Shown here piece by piece: positions 30,839 to 38,819 of a stretch of DNA of 42,322 nucleotides (within the stretch, counting starts at the first letter, position 1; every line of letters begins with the position of its first letter). The stretch comes from Nanobdellota archaeon (lineage in GTDB: Archaea; Nanobdellota; Nanobdellia; Woesearchaeales; JAHJEM01): NCBI GenBank assembly GCA_043805315.1, contig JAZDID010000098.1:1-42322 (forward strand), read 5' to 3'. Position numbers and translations under genes: made by a program. The notes beneath the pieces were generated by a model, which saw only the letters and a list, made by a program, of their open reading frames with translations, did not search any database and was not told the origin of the DNA.

Positions 30839-31603
30839 ATGGTATTCGAATCAATACTCGACCCGGTATTCCGACCATTACTAGGGCTCAATCCGCTCTT
30901 CGCTATCCTTCTTCTCTCGCTCGGCATCACCTTCATCGTCACCATCGTGTACAAGCTCACCACGAACCAGGCTGAGATGAAGCGGCTGAAAAAAGAGATG
31001 AAGGACCTCCAGAAGCAGCTCAAAGAGCTTGCAAAGACAGACCCGAAAAAGGCAATGTCTGTCCAGAAAAAGGCAATGGAGAAGAACTTCAGCTACATGA
31101 AGCACTCGCTCAAGCCGACACTCTACACATTCCTTCCCATCATCATCATCTTCGGCTGGCTGAACAGCAACATGGCCTACCAACCCCTGCTTCCCGGAGA
31201 GCCTTTTGAAGTGAAAGCAGTGTTTGACAAGTACCTGATCCTCAACGTGACCTTGGAGGCAAATCCAGAGCTCACTTTTCTCAACGAACAAGCGCAACCA
31301 TTACAACAAGGGATAGCTAGCTGGAACCTCTCTGGAGAGGCAGGAAAATACCAACTCACCCTGAAAGACGGCACGCGCGAATACACCAAGAAAATTCTCA
31401 TCTCCTCGGAAAAACGCTATGAGAACCCTGTCGAGATGTACAAAAGCGCGCCCCTGAAACAGGTCATCATCGGCAACAACAGGATCAGGCCGTTCGGAGA
31501 CTGGTTCAACATCCTCGGCTGGCATCCGGGCTGGCTCGCCACCTATATCCTTTCTTCTATGCTCTTCAGCATCCTGCTCAGAAAGGCCATGAATCTAGCA
31601 TAA
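30839..31603 (+). CDS. DUF106 / EMC3-TMCO1-like membrane protein (archaeal YidC/Oxa1-superfamily insertase candidate)
   Basis: 254 aa. TM1 is followed by a charged coiled coil (QAEMKRLKKEMKDLQKQLKELAKTDPKKAMSVQKKAMEKN), then SYMKHSLKPTLYTFLPIIIIFGWL. It sits in the conserved position next to L34e. About 110 extra residues lie between TM2 and TM3. Confidence 0.8.
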   Translation: MVFESILDPVFRPLLGLNPLFAILLLSLGITFIVTIVYKLTTNQAEMKRLKKEMKDLQKQLKELAKTDPKKAMSVQKKAMEKNFSYMKHSLKPTLYTFLPIIIIFGWLNSNMAYQPLLPGEPFEVKAVFDKYLILNVTLEANPELTFLNEQAQPLQQGIASWNLSGEAGKYQLTLKDGTREYTKKILISSEKRYENPVEMYKSAPLKQVIIGNNRIRPFGDWFNILGWHPGWLATYILSSMLFSILLRKAMNLA

Positions 31604-31605
31604 GC

Positions 31606-31613
31606 TTTATAAA
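31606..31613 (+). promoter_or_regulatory. TATA box candidate (TTTATAAA) upstream of rpl34e
   Basis: It lies immediately after the DUF106 stop and 60 nt before ATG 31674. Confidence 0.4.
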
Positions 31614-31673
31614 GAGGCAGGAATTCTCGTCAATAAACATAAAATAAAACCAATACACACAAAATGTGAGAGC

Positions 31674-31952
31674 ATGCCAAGCGGACGATTCAAGTCAAGG
31701 ACATTCAGGAGAGTGCACGTGCGGACGCCGAAAGGTGTATCGACATTGCGCTATGACCGCAGAAAACCGAAGAATGCGCATTGCGGCAGGTGCGGCGATA
31801 GTCTGAAAGGCATCCCCCGCCTTTTGCCTGGAAAGATGCACAACCTGGCAAAGACCAAGAAACGGCCAGAACGGCCATATGGCGGCACATTATGCACGAA
31901 ATGCATGCGCCAGAAGATCAAGGAGCTCGCATTCACCAAACAAAATCCATAG
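31674..31952 (+). CDS. rpl34e: Ribosomal protein eL34
   Basis: 92 aa. The sequence MPSGRFKSRTFRRVHVRTPKG ... CGRCGDSLKG ... RPYGGTLCTKCMRQKI includes a zinc ribbon. Confidence 0.92.
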   Translation: MPSGRFKSRTFRRVHVRTPKGVSTLRYDRRKPKNAHCGRCGDSLKGIPRLLPGKMHNLAKTKKRPERPYGGTLCTKCMRQKIKELAFTKQNP

Positions 31953-32032
31953 TATTTATTTACCAAAACGAAGAAGTCTCTTACTGCACTTGGCGACAAC
32001 GCAGGTTCTGACAAGAGATGGAGGAGAGGAAC

Positions 32033-32416
32033 ATGCTGCATGAAATTGGACGGATTTGTATCAAGATAGCGGGCAGGGATGCTGGCAAACGATGCGCGAT
32101 TGTTGAAGTCTATGAAGGGAACATCGTGCTCATCGACGGAGAAACCAGGAGAAGGAAATGCAACATCAAGCACCTCGAGCCGCTAGCTGAGACCATACCT
32201 GTCAAGAAAGGAGCAAGCCATGCTGACATTATTGCAGAGTTCAAGAAGATCGGGATAGAGATCGCGGAAAGAAAGGCAAAGAAGCCAGCAGCGACAGCAG
32301 GCGAAGAGAAAACGCCGGAGCAGACGAAGTCGGAACAGAAAAAGTCCGAACAGAGGAAAACTCTTGAAGAGAAGAAGCTGAAGAAAGCAGGGAAGAAGCC
32401 GGAGAAGAAAGGTTGA
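32033..32416 (+). CDS. rpl14e: Ribosomal protein eL14 with Lys/Glu-rich tail
   Basis: The KOW-like core is GRICIKIAGRDAGKRCAIVEVYEGNIVLIDG. GGAGGAG precedes ATG 32033; the track start at 32018 is also possible. The tail is AERKAKKPAATAGEEKTPEQTKSEQKKSEQRKTLEEKKLKKAGKKPEKKG. Confidence 0.9.
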   Translation: MLHEIGRICIKIAGRDAGKRCAIVEVYEGNIVLIDGETRRRKCNIKHLEPLAETIPVKKGASHADIIAEFKKIGIEIAERKAKKPAATAGEEKTPEQTKSEQKKSEQRKTLEEKKLKKAGKKPEKKG

Positions 32417-32472
32417 GTGCATACGAAACAAAACAGCGCACAACAACTCGCTATCCATCGTTGCATCATAGC

Positions 32473-32481
32473 ATTTAAATA
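32473..32481 (+). promoter_or_regulatory. TATA box candidate (ATTTAAATA), leaderless spacing to ATG 32505
   Basis: It ends 23 nt before the ATG, with no SD-like site. Confidence 0.4.
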
Positions 32482-32504
32482 CTCGTTCTCACTTTATTCT
32501 CTTC

Positions 32505-33284
32505 ATGAATGCCGTCTATGAAGAGATGATCTCGTTCATTGTCTCTTCAGGAAAACGCATAGCTCCGAAAGCAGGAAAAATCAAAGATATTGGTGTGAAG
32601 AAGAAGTACCTCACTGAAGAGGATATCGCCATCGAACGAGGGATGAAAAAGATCATCCACCATCATCATCCTGCGCACGCCTTTTACGCAGAAGAAGAGC
32701 ACGATCAGCATCCTGAAGGCACGGATGTGTGGATAGCAGATCCTATAAGCGGGACGCGGAGCTTCCTCGCGGGATTGCCGCATTATGCCCTTGTTATCGC
32801 CCACGCGAGAAACTCCATTGTCCAATTCAGCGCAGTCTATGACCCTTCAGCAGACGAGCTGTTTACCGCATATCGAGGAAAAGGGGCATTCCTCAACAAA
32901 AAGAAACTATTCCTTTTACCCAAAAAAGGAATCCTGCACATCGTATTCAACCTGTCCATCAACTGGGCTGATGCGCAGAGCGCACAAGAGGTGGCTGAGA
33001 AGATGCGCAACTTTTCAGTATCAACAAACAGCAATTCTCATGCAGTCAACATCTGCCATGTCGCCTGCAACAGGTATGACGGAGCCATCTGCCTTGCCAA
33101 GGACAGCTTTCCCTATTTCGCTGCAAGCCTCATCTTGACTGAAGCAGGCGGATTATTCACAAACCAGTACGGAGATCCTATCATTCACTATCATGATCGC
33201 GTATTCTTAGGAGGCAAACCTTCCACGTACCAGCAGTTGAAAAAAATAATGGAGCACGTGAAATTACCTGAAAATTCTCGATAA
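32505..33284 (+). CDS. Inositol monophosphatase/FBPase-fold protein with substituted metal-binding motifs
   Basis: 259 aa. Motifs are FYAEEE, WIADPISGTRSF (canonical DPxDGT) and SFPYFAASLILTEAGG (canonical WDxAAG). Confidence 0.75.
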   Translation: MNAVYEEMISFIVSSGKRIAPKAGKIKDIGVKKKYLTEEDIAIERGMKKIIHHHHPAHAFYAEEEHDQHPEGTDVWIADPISGTRSFLAGLPHYALVIAHARNSIVQFSAVYDPSADELFTAYRGKGAFLNKKKLFLLPKKGILHIVFNLSINWADAQSAQEVAEKMRNFSVSTNSNSHAVNICHVACNRYDGAICLAKDSFPYFAASLILTEAGGLFTNQYGDPIIHYHDRVFLGGKPSTYQQLKKIMEHVKLPENSR

Positions 33285-33332
33285 GAAATTGGCCGCCCCC
33301 AGAAACAAACCTGACGATAAACGTGAACTTTA

Positions 33333-35027
33333 TCACCCCAACTCAACATCATCCAACAATTCTGTCAGGTTCAGCTCAAACCCTGCGACCGGCATCTCGA
33401 GATTCCAGCTTTTCAATACCTGCGGGTGGATCTCGCCGAGGAAGCCGACCTTCTTTCCCTTCACGATAATCCTGCCGACCCTGCCTGGAATGAACGATAG
33501 GTGCTCTGCAGGGATGACCTCGTACTGGAGCTTCAGGCTGTCGAGCAAGAAGTCAAGCGCCTGTTTTGCCTCTGTGTAATTGGTCTCTGCTGACGCAGAG
33601 GCATAGGCGATCCTCAAGGGATTCTCTGACCTGGTCTCCGCATCTTTCTTGAAGAGCACGACCTCTCCAATTTCGAATATCCGCTGCGGGTACTGCCTCT
33701 TTGTATTCCTTGACAGGAATTCCATGATGCTCGGCAAGAGCCAGTTCCTGAACACTGACCAGTTGTTCGAGACAGGATTGTCAATCTCAATATACTTGAG
33801 CGCGTCCTTGGCAAGCGTTCTTGGAAGGTTCATGTTGTCATACAGGGATTCAAGGTTGGTGAGGACATACGACATGATTTCCTGGCATTGCAGGCTGATC
33901 ATGATCTCCCGGACCTTTCTTGCGAGGCGTTCTTTCCTGGCAATGCATCCGATAGTCCCAATCATAGGCATGACAGGCGCTATCTCATTGAAGCCCTCGC
34001 TGATGAGGATATCCTCAATAATATCGACCGGGTGCATGATGTCATGCCGGTATGCCGGATACAGGACTTCTATGTTCTCCCCTTTCACCGTGGCGTCATA
34101 GCGCGCCATGGAGAGCAGCTCAATTATTTTTTTATCAGACACAGACGTTCCGAAAAGCTGGATGACTTGTTTCTTGCCAATCTGCATTTTTCCCGGCGTG
34201 AAATCAGGTGTTATCATCTTTTTCTTTTCATAACAAATTTCAACACTTTCCGCTTTCCCCCCTCTCTCAACAAGAGCCGCAACAACCACCTGTAGGGCAG
34301 GCACGAGATAGGCGAGATCAAACCCGCTGCATTCGATGAATACTGTTTTTGTCTTTTCAGTGACCTTCCCGGTATGATCTGAATTGATGATCGGCGGCAT
34401 GGACAATACCTGGCCTGCACTGTCAATGAATACAGGATATGCGTTGCAGCCGTCAAGCAAATGCGCGTACTCGCGGCCTTTCGGGTGCTGCTGGAGGATT
34501 TGCAGGAGATCAAGGGGAGTATCAAAATCCAGGGGGACGAACTTCAATGCGTGTGGGGCGAACGCCTTGTAGAATATCGGCCTATGTATCTTCTGGTAAT
34601 CATACACGCCGATCGCGACCTCTTTGCGCTTCTTGCCATAATTCTCGCAGAGCTTTTCCTGGAGCTGGATGAGCTGGCCCAACACCTGCGCATTAATCCG
34701 TAATCCGGAAACAACAGCGCACACTGTCAAGGGCCGTATACTGGCCACGCTCTTGTCAACAATCACTTTCAAGCCAGAGCTCTTCACTGTATACTTTGGC
34801 AAGCCGCTCTTTAGTGTATATCTTCCCTGAATTTCACGGGCAATGCCTTCTGCACTCCACAAGTCTGGCCTATTGGTGTCTGCAACCTCCACTTTCAGTA
34901 AGTCTCCTTCACTGTCGGCTATTTCTGACTTTGCGAACAGGATGGCTTTCTCTTTCAGCTCTTTCAACGGAATGTTCTTTCCGACAAGCCTGCACAAGTC
35001 CTTGTATGAGACATCGATGGTTGGCAT
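33333..35027 (-). CDS. pheT: Phenylalanine--tRNA ligase beta subunit (archaeal type)
   Basis: 564 aa. The N-terminus is MPTIDVSYKDLCRLVGK, with a B3/B4-B5 domain pattern. It lies directly downstream of pheS on the same strand. Confidence 0.92.
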   Translation of the reverse strand: MPTIDVSYKDLCRLVGKNIPLKELKEKAILFAKSEIADSEGDLLKVEVADTNRPDLWSAEGIAREIQGRYTLKSGLPKYTVKSSGLKVIVDKSVASIRPLTVCAVVSGLRINAQVLGQLIQLQEKLCENYGKKRKEVAIGVYDYQKIHRPIFYKAFAPHALKFVPLDFDTPLDLLQILQQHPKGREYAHLLDGCNAYPVFIDSAGQVLSMPPIINSDHTGKVTEKTKTVFIECSGFDLAYLVPALQVVVAALVERGGKAESVEICYEKKKMITPDFTPGKMQIGKKQVIQLFGTSVSDKKIIELLSMARYDATVKGENIEVLYPAYRHDIMHPVDIIEDILISEGFNEIAPVMPMIGTIGCIARKERLARKVREIMISLQCQEIMSYVLTNLESLYDNMNLPRTLAKDALKYIEIDNPVSNNWSVFRNWLLPSIMEFLSRNTKRQYPQRIFEIGEVVLFKKDAETRSENPLRIAYASASAETNYTEAKQALDFLLDSLKLQYEVIPAEHLSFIPGRVGRIIVKGKKVGFLGEIHPQVLKSWNLEMPVAGFELNLTELLDDVELG

Positions 35028-35053
35028 TTTTTTTGATGCTCTTTTTATTTTTA

Positions 35054-36607
35054 TTATTCTTTTTTTCCAGCCCGCAAATACTGCAAGTCCTGGCTGAACA
35101 AATCCCTGATATCCTTTATTCCTAATTTGACCATGGCGAGCCGGTCAATGCCAAAACCCCAGGCAATGACTTGCTCCTTGACCCCAAGCGCGCAGGTCAG
35201 CTCTGGCCTGAACACGCCAGCGCCAGCAAGCTCCATCCATCCTAAACTCGGATGCTTGATCGAGAGCTGGACACTCGGCTCTGTAAACGGAAAATAATCA
35301 GGATAAAACCTGACTTCCTTTACTCCTGTAATCTCAACAGCAAACTGCTTGAGCAGGCCAAGCAGGTGAGGAAATGACAAGCCCTCGTCAACAATGAACC
35401 CGCCGAGCTGGTTGAACTCAACTCCGTGAGTAGCATCGATCACATCAGGCCTGAAACACCTGACGAGGCTGAAATACTTTCCCGGAATCTTCAGATCCTT
35501 GCGAGCAAGATAGCGCGGGGATATTGCGGTGTCATGGGCTCGCGGCATTAATTGGCTTGCGGCCTTTTCATCCCAGCGATACCGCCAGCCTGTCGAGCCT
35601 GCGATGCCTTTCTCATGGGCTTGCTTGACATTCTGGACGATCTTTTTATCAGGAAGCAGTCCATACCTTGGCTCCTTGATGCGATACGTAGAACTCCAGT
35701 CACGTGCAGGATGGTTCTGCGGCTGGAATAATGCGTCGAAATTATAGAACTCCAACTCAATGAGCGGACCTTCCATCTCTGCAAAACCCATCCCCAAAAG
35801 CTTGTCCCGCACACCCTCGATGAACGCTGCATACGGCTGCTTCTTTCCTCCCACTATTTTTGGGACATTGATCTTGACATCATAGGGCCTGAATTTCTTA
35901 TTCTTCCATGCTTCGCTCCTGATGATCTGGGAAGTCAGGCGTTCAATGGACAAGTCCTGCTCTCCTGCCTTCAGCTTCATGATAAGCTGCTGGCACAGCG
36001 CTTTCCCCTGCCCTGTGAAAAAGAGCTGCTTTTCCTTCCGCATGTCTCGCTTGACAATCTTCTTCCTCTGCTGCAGGCTTGCCAGGGCATAGCGCTCTTC
36101 ATCAGAAAGCGTGTGCTGGTCAAGAGGAAATTCCTTGTTCAGAAAAAGCTCTTCGAGGCTCTGCCGCTCCAAGGACCTTTTTCCTTGATCTGTGATGAAG
36201 AAGAGATTGTCCTGCCTTTTCTCGTCCCTCTTGATCTCAATGAGCCCTTTTTTCTTCAGGATCCCGATACTGACCGCCATTTCCTCGTCAGACAATGTGG
36301 TGTGCTGTTTCATCTCCTTGAGCGTCTTTGCCTGGTCCCTGATCTGGTGGAGGAACTGGCGCTCAGGCAGGCCCTGCTTCAGGTACAGCCTGCCATTCTC
36401 ATCCAAAGAGACAAGCTCATGCCTCTTTTCCTCAATCCTCACCAGCCCTTTGTTGCCCAGCCACTGCACTGCCCGCATGACCTCGACATCTTTCATGCCT
36501 GATTGGTGCTGCACTTCCTCTATCAAGATGCCATCTGCAAGAAAAGGAAGAACCTTGCGCTCCAAGGGATGGAGTCCTGCAAGCAGCTCAGCAACCTTTT
36601 TTTCCAT
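35054..36607 (-). CDS. pheS: Phenylalanine--tRNA ligase alpha subunit
   Basis: 517 aa. N-terminal winged-helix repeats are followed by a class II core (FQPQNHPARD, FRPDVIDATHGVEFNQLGG, GAGVFRPE). Confidence 0.93.
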   Translation of the reverse strand: MEKKVAELLAGLHPLERKVLPFLADGILIEEVQHQSGMKDVEVMRAVQWLGNKGLVRIEEKRHELVSLDENGRLYLKQGLPERQFLHQIRDQAKTLKEMKQHTTLSDEEMAVSIGILKKKGLIEIKRDEKRQDNLFFITDQGKRSLERQSLEELFLNKEFPLDQHTLSDEERYALASLQQRKKIVKRDMRKEKQLFFTGQGKALCQQLIMKLKAGEQDLSIERLTSQIIRSEAWKNKKFRPYDVKINVPKIVGGKKQPYAAFIEGVRDKLLGMGFAEMEGPLIELEFYNFDALFQPQNHPARDWSSTYRIKEPRYGLLPDKKIVQNVKQAHEKGIAGSTGWRYRWDEKAASQLMPRAHDTAISPRYLARKDLKIPGKYFSLVRCFRPDVIDATHGVEFNQLGGFIVDEGLSFPHLLGLLKQFAVEITGVKEVRFYPDYFPFTEPSVQLSIKHPSLGWMELAGAGVFRPELTCALGVKEQVIAWGFGIDRLAMVKLGIKDIRDLFSQDLQYLRAGKKE

Positions 36608-36630
36608 ACTGCCTTAGAAATAGGAGGAGT

Positions 36631-36639
36631 TTAAAAAAT
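36631..36639 (-). promoter_or_regulatory. TATA box candidate for pheS (leaderless spacing)
   Basis: The minus strand reads TTTTTTAAA and ends about 24 nt before the ATG at 36607. Confidence 0.4.
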
Positions 36640-36678
36640 TTGTTGAATTTGCAGTCCTATGTCTTTCATACTGATGCG

Positions 36679-36782
36679 AAGTCAACGAGTGTGTGCCGGA
36701 AAATGCACTCACTACATTCTTTTTTACAGATTGCTCCCACCCACCTCCCCCAACCACCACCTTGGCAAAAGGTAATGCATTA
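36679..36782 (+). repeat. Conserved C-rich intergenic element, copy A (uninterrupted)
   Basis: The sequence is AAGTCAACGAG ... TGTGCC ... TTCTTTTTTACAGATTGCTCCCACCCACCTCCCCCAACCACCACC (core 36727-36761) ... AGGTAATGCATTAC. Confidence 0.7.
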
Positions 36783-37028
36783 CATCGACTCAGTTGGCGA
36801 TTGGCCAAGTCCGGTTGGTTGTGGTAGAGTTGAGCTGCCAGTCGTGCTCAGCAAGGAGTTCTTTAGCACTTCAAAGTAACAATCCCTCCGATAGATTTAT
36901 ATAGTACTTTGGTATAGCCATATGGTGAAACCATTGTGTGTGGGTAAAAAACAGTAATATATTTATAGTAGTTATGCATAATCAATATTAAAAAGGGGTG
37001 ATTAATCCTCATTTTTGGAGGTAGAAGC

Positions 37029-37826
37029 ATGATTGTTAAAGAAGAGTTTTTAAACAAGCTACGGAGAACGTTTTCTCTGAACCTCTATGAGGTCAAGATT
37101 TGGACAGCCCTTCTTTCCAGAGGGGTATCCACGGCAGGAGAGCTTTCTGACATCGCAAACGTCCCCAGGTCCAGGTCGTATGATGTCCTGGAGAGCCTAG
37201 AGAAAAAGGGATTTGTGGTGATGAAGCTGGGCAAGCCAATCAAGTACCTGGCTGTGCCGCCGAAAGAGGTCGTAGAGCGCGTAAAGAAAAACATGAAGAC
37301 CGACGCAGAAGAGCGGATCAAGAGGCTGGAGGATCTCAAGAGCACTGACGTGATCCACGAGCTGAACTCTCTCCACACCCAGGGGATAGAGCTCATCGAA
37401 CCGTCTGACCTGTCCGGCGCGTTGAAAGGAAGACACAACCTCTACAACCACCTTGAGATGACCATAAAGGGAGCGCAGAAACAAGTCAGTATCGCAACGA
37501 CTGCGCAAGGCCTGCTGCGGAAAGTGGAAGGCTTGAAGCCGATCTTCCAGGACCTCTCGAAAAAAGGGGTTGACATCAAGATAGCGGCGCCCATCAATAA
37601 GGAGACAGAAGCAGCGATCAAGGAGCTGAAAGGCATCGCAGAAGTCAGGCATTCTGACGGCAAATCCAGATTTACCATTGTGGACAGCAAGGATGTCATC
37701 ATGATGGTCATGGACGACGCAGAAGTCCATCCGACGTATGACATCGGCATCTGGCTCAAGGCACCATTCTTGGCGTCAGCGCTCCAGACCATGTTCGACT
37801 CGAACTGGAAGAGCCTGAAACGATAA
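37029..37826 (+). CDS. TrmB-family transcriptional regulator
   Basis: 265 aa. The wHTH is LNLYEVKIWTALLSRGVSTAGELSDIANVPRSRSYDVLESLEKKGFV, followed by a coiled coil and a C-terminal domain. GGAGGT lies 6 nt before the ATG. Confidence 0.88.
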   Translation: MIVKEEFLNKLRRTFSLNLYEVKIWTALLSRGVSTAGELSDIANVPRSRSYDVLESLEKKGFVVMKLGKPIKYLAVPPKEVVERVKKNMKTDAEERIKRLEDLKSTDVIHELNSLHTQGIELIEPSDLSGALKGRHNLYNHLEMTIKGAQKQVSIATTAQGLLRKVEGLKPIFQDLSKKGVDIKIAAPINKETEAAIKELKGIAEVRHSDGKSRFTIVDSKDVIMMVMDDAEVHPTYDIGIWLKAPFLASALQTMFDSNWKSLKR

Positions 37827-37836
37827 ACTCAGCACA

Positions 37837-37868
37837 TTTTTTATTTTTTTTCTTTCTTCTTTTTTTCT
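37837..37868 (+). terminator. T/C-rich terminator candidate after the trmB-family gene
   Basis: TTTTTTATTTTTTTTCTTTCTTCTTTTTTTCT is followed by further T-runs up to about 37899. Confidence 0.5.
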
Positions 37869-37925
37869 GATGAGATTCACTTATTTTCGTATTTTTTTCA
37901 GCAGAAAGAACACCATCCCAACTGC

Positions 37926-38819
37926 TTAACAGCGTATAACATATAATAATTCTTCCCCAACTATGCTTGTTTGGAATGGAAGGTCGTGCGCCCGCAAGAA
38001 CCCTTCCAGCCACCAGCGCTTCTCCTCAGCAATGCGCTTCCTGCCGCCGATGGTTTTAGTCGGAAAGGTCACTGCCAGCAGATCCGCATGCTTCGCAAGG
38101 TGGAGAATGAGCTTTTTCGAGATGTGCCTGTTCACTGTCTCCAGCGTGTCCACGAGCTTGAAGAGGAAGCACGCCAGGAATTCATCCTTCGCTTTGTGCA
38201 GGTCAATCATCGGAAAATCTTCTTCCCGGGCGAGATCAATCCGAATCGCAGCGCCCCTGATGCCTCGAGAGCGGAAATAGGAGTTCAGGAAGGCCATGTC
38301 CTGTGATGACACGTCGTATGCGGCATACGTTATGCGCTGTTTCAGGACCCCGGCAAGCAGCTTGCATGACGCGGGATTCATGCCGCAGCCGAGATCGATG
38401 ACGCGGACGCGCTTTCCTTTCCACGCAGGAGCATGCGGCAGGAAAATCTGCCCGTACAGCTCTCGATAGGCAGGCAAGCGCTCTGCACTCGAGCGATGCG
38501 CGCGCAAGATTTTTTCGTCGCTATCACTGGCTTTTTTCTCCGCATATCCCTGCATGATAAACACGCCGTAGACCTCACGCAGCTCCTTCCGGACGGATTT
38601 CAGCACGAGCCTGTACTCGCGTGTCTTTTTTATCTTGGCAGCATCGCCTAACGCCTTTACCATCAATGATCGCCGGATGTTGGGATTTTTCTTGAGAAAT
38701 GACTGTATCCTACCTTCGATGAAATCTGCATCAAGAGTTCGCAATTCCTTTTTTTCCCGGATATCCTTCCCAAGCAGCAGGACAACAGCGTCGAACAGCA
38801 CAGGGTTTACCTTTTCCAT
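37926..38819 (-). CDS. FmrO/Rmt-ArmA family 16S rRNA (guanine-N7) methyltransferase homologue
   Basis: 297 aa. Blocks collinear with my recollection of RmtB are RAHRSSAERLPAYRELYGQIF, RVIDLGCGMNPASC, ACFLFKLVDTLE, LAVTFPTKTIGGRKRIAEEKRWWLEG and VGEELLYVIRC. The start overlaps the pelota 3' end by 13 nt. Confidence 0.8.
   Translation of the reverse strand: MEKVNPVLFDAVVLLLGKDIREKKELRTLDADFIEGRIQSFLKKNPNIRRSLMVKALGDAAKIKKTREYRLVLKSVRKELREVYGVFIMQGYAEKKASDSDEKILRAHRSSAERLPAYRELYGQIFLPHAPAWKGKRVRVIDLGCGMNPASCKLLAGVLKQRITYAAYDVSSQDMAFLNSYFRSRGIRGAAIRIDLAREEDFPMIDLHKAKDEFLACFLFKLVDTLETVNRHISKKLILHLAKHADLLAVTFPTKTIGGRKRIAEEKRWWLEGFLRAHDLPFQTSIVGEELLYVIRC

Noticed and set aside
34990-35060. The long A-rich (plus-strand T-rich) spacer between pheS and pheT as a possible internal terminator.
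   Set aside because: On the coding (minus) strand the tract is A-rich, not T-rich, so it does not resemble the oligo-T terminators seen elsewhere. It is more likely an unstructured intercistronic spacer.
36785-36843. tRNA-like D-arm string ACTCAGTTGG ... TGGTAGAGT, which suggested a tRNA with an intron in the D-loop.
   Set aside because: I found no T-arm (GTTCRANYC) on either strand, no acceptor-stem complementarity and no plausible anticodon arm. Only a 5-bp closing pair (CGACT/AGTCG) is present.
36640-36879. ORFs overlapping the conserved C-rich element (36640-36879 +, 39863-40099 +, 8772-8954 +, 36614-36808 -). They share a short ..PTH.. peptide.
   Set aside because: The similarity is confined to the nucleotide motif. 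A 1-nt indel between copies A and B puts the following conserved bases in different frames, and the flanking peptide sequences are unrelated. The conservation is therefore non-coding.
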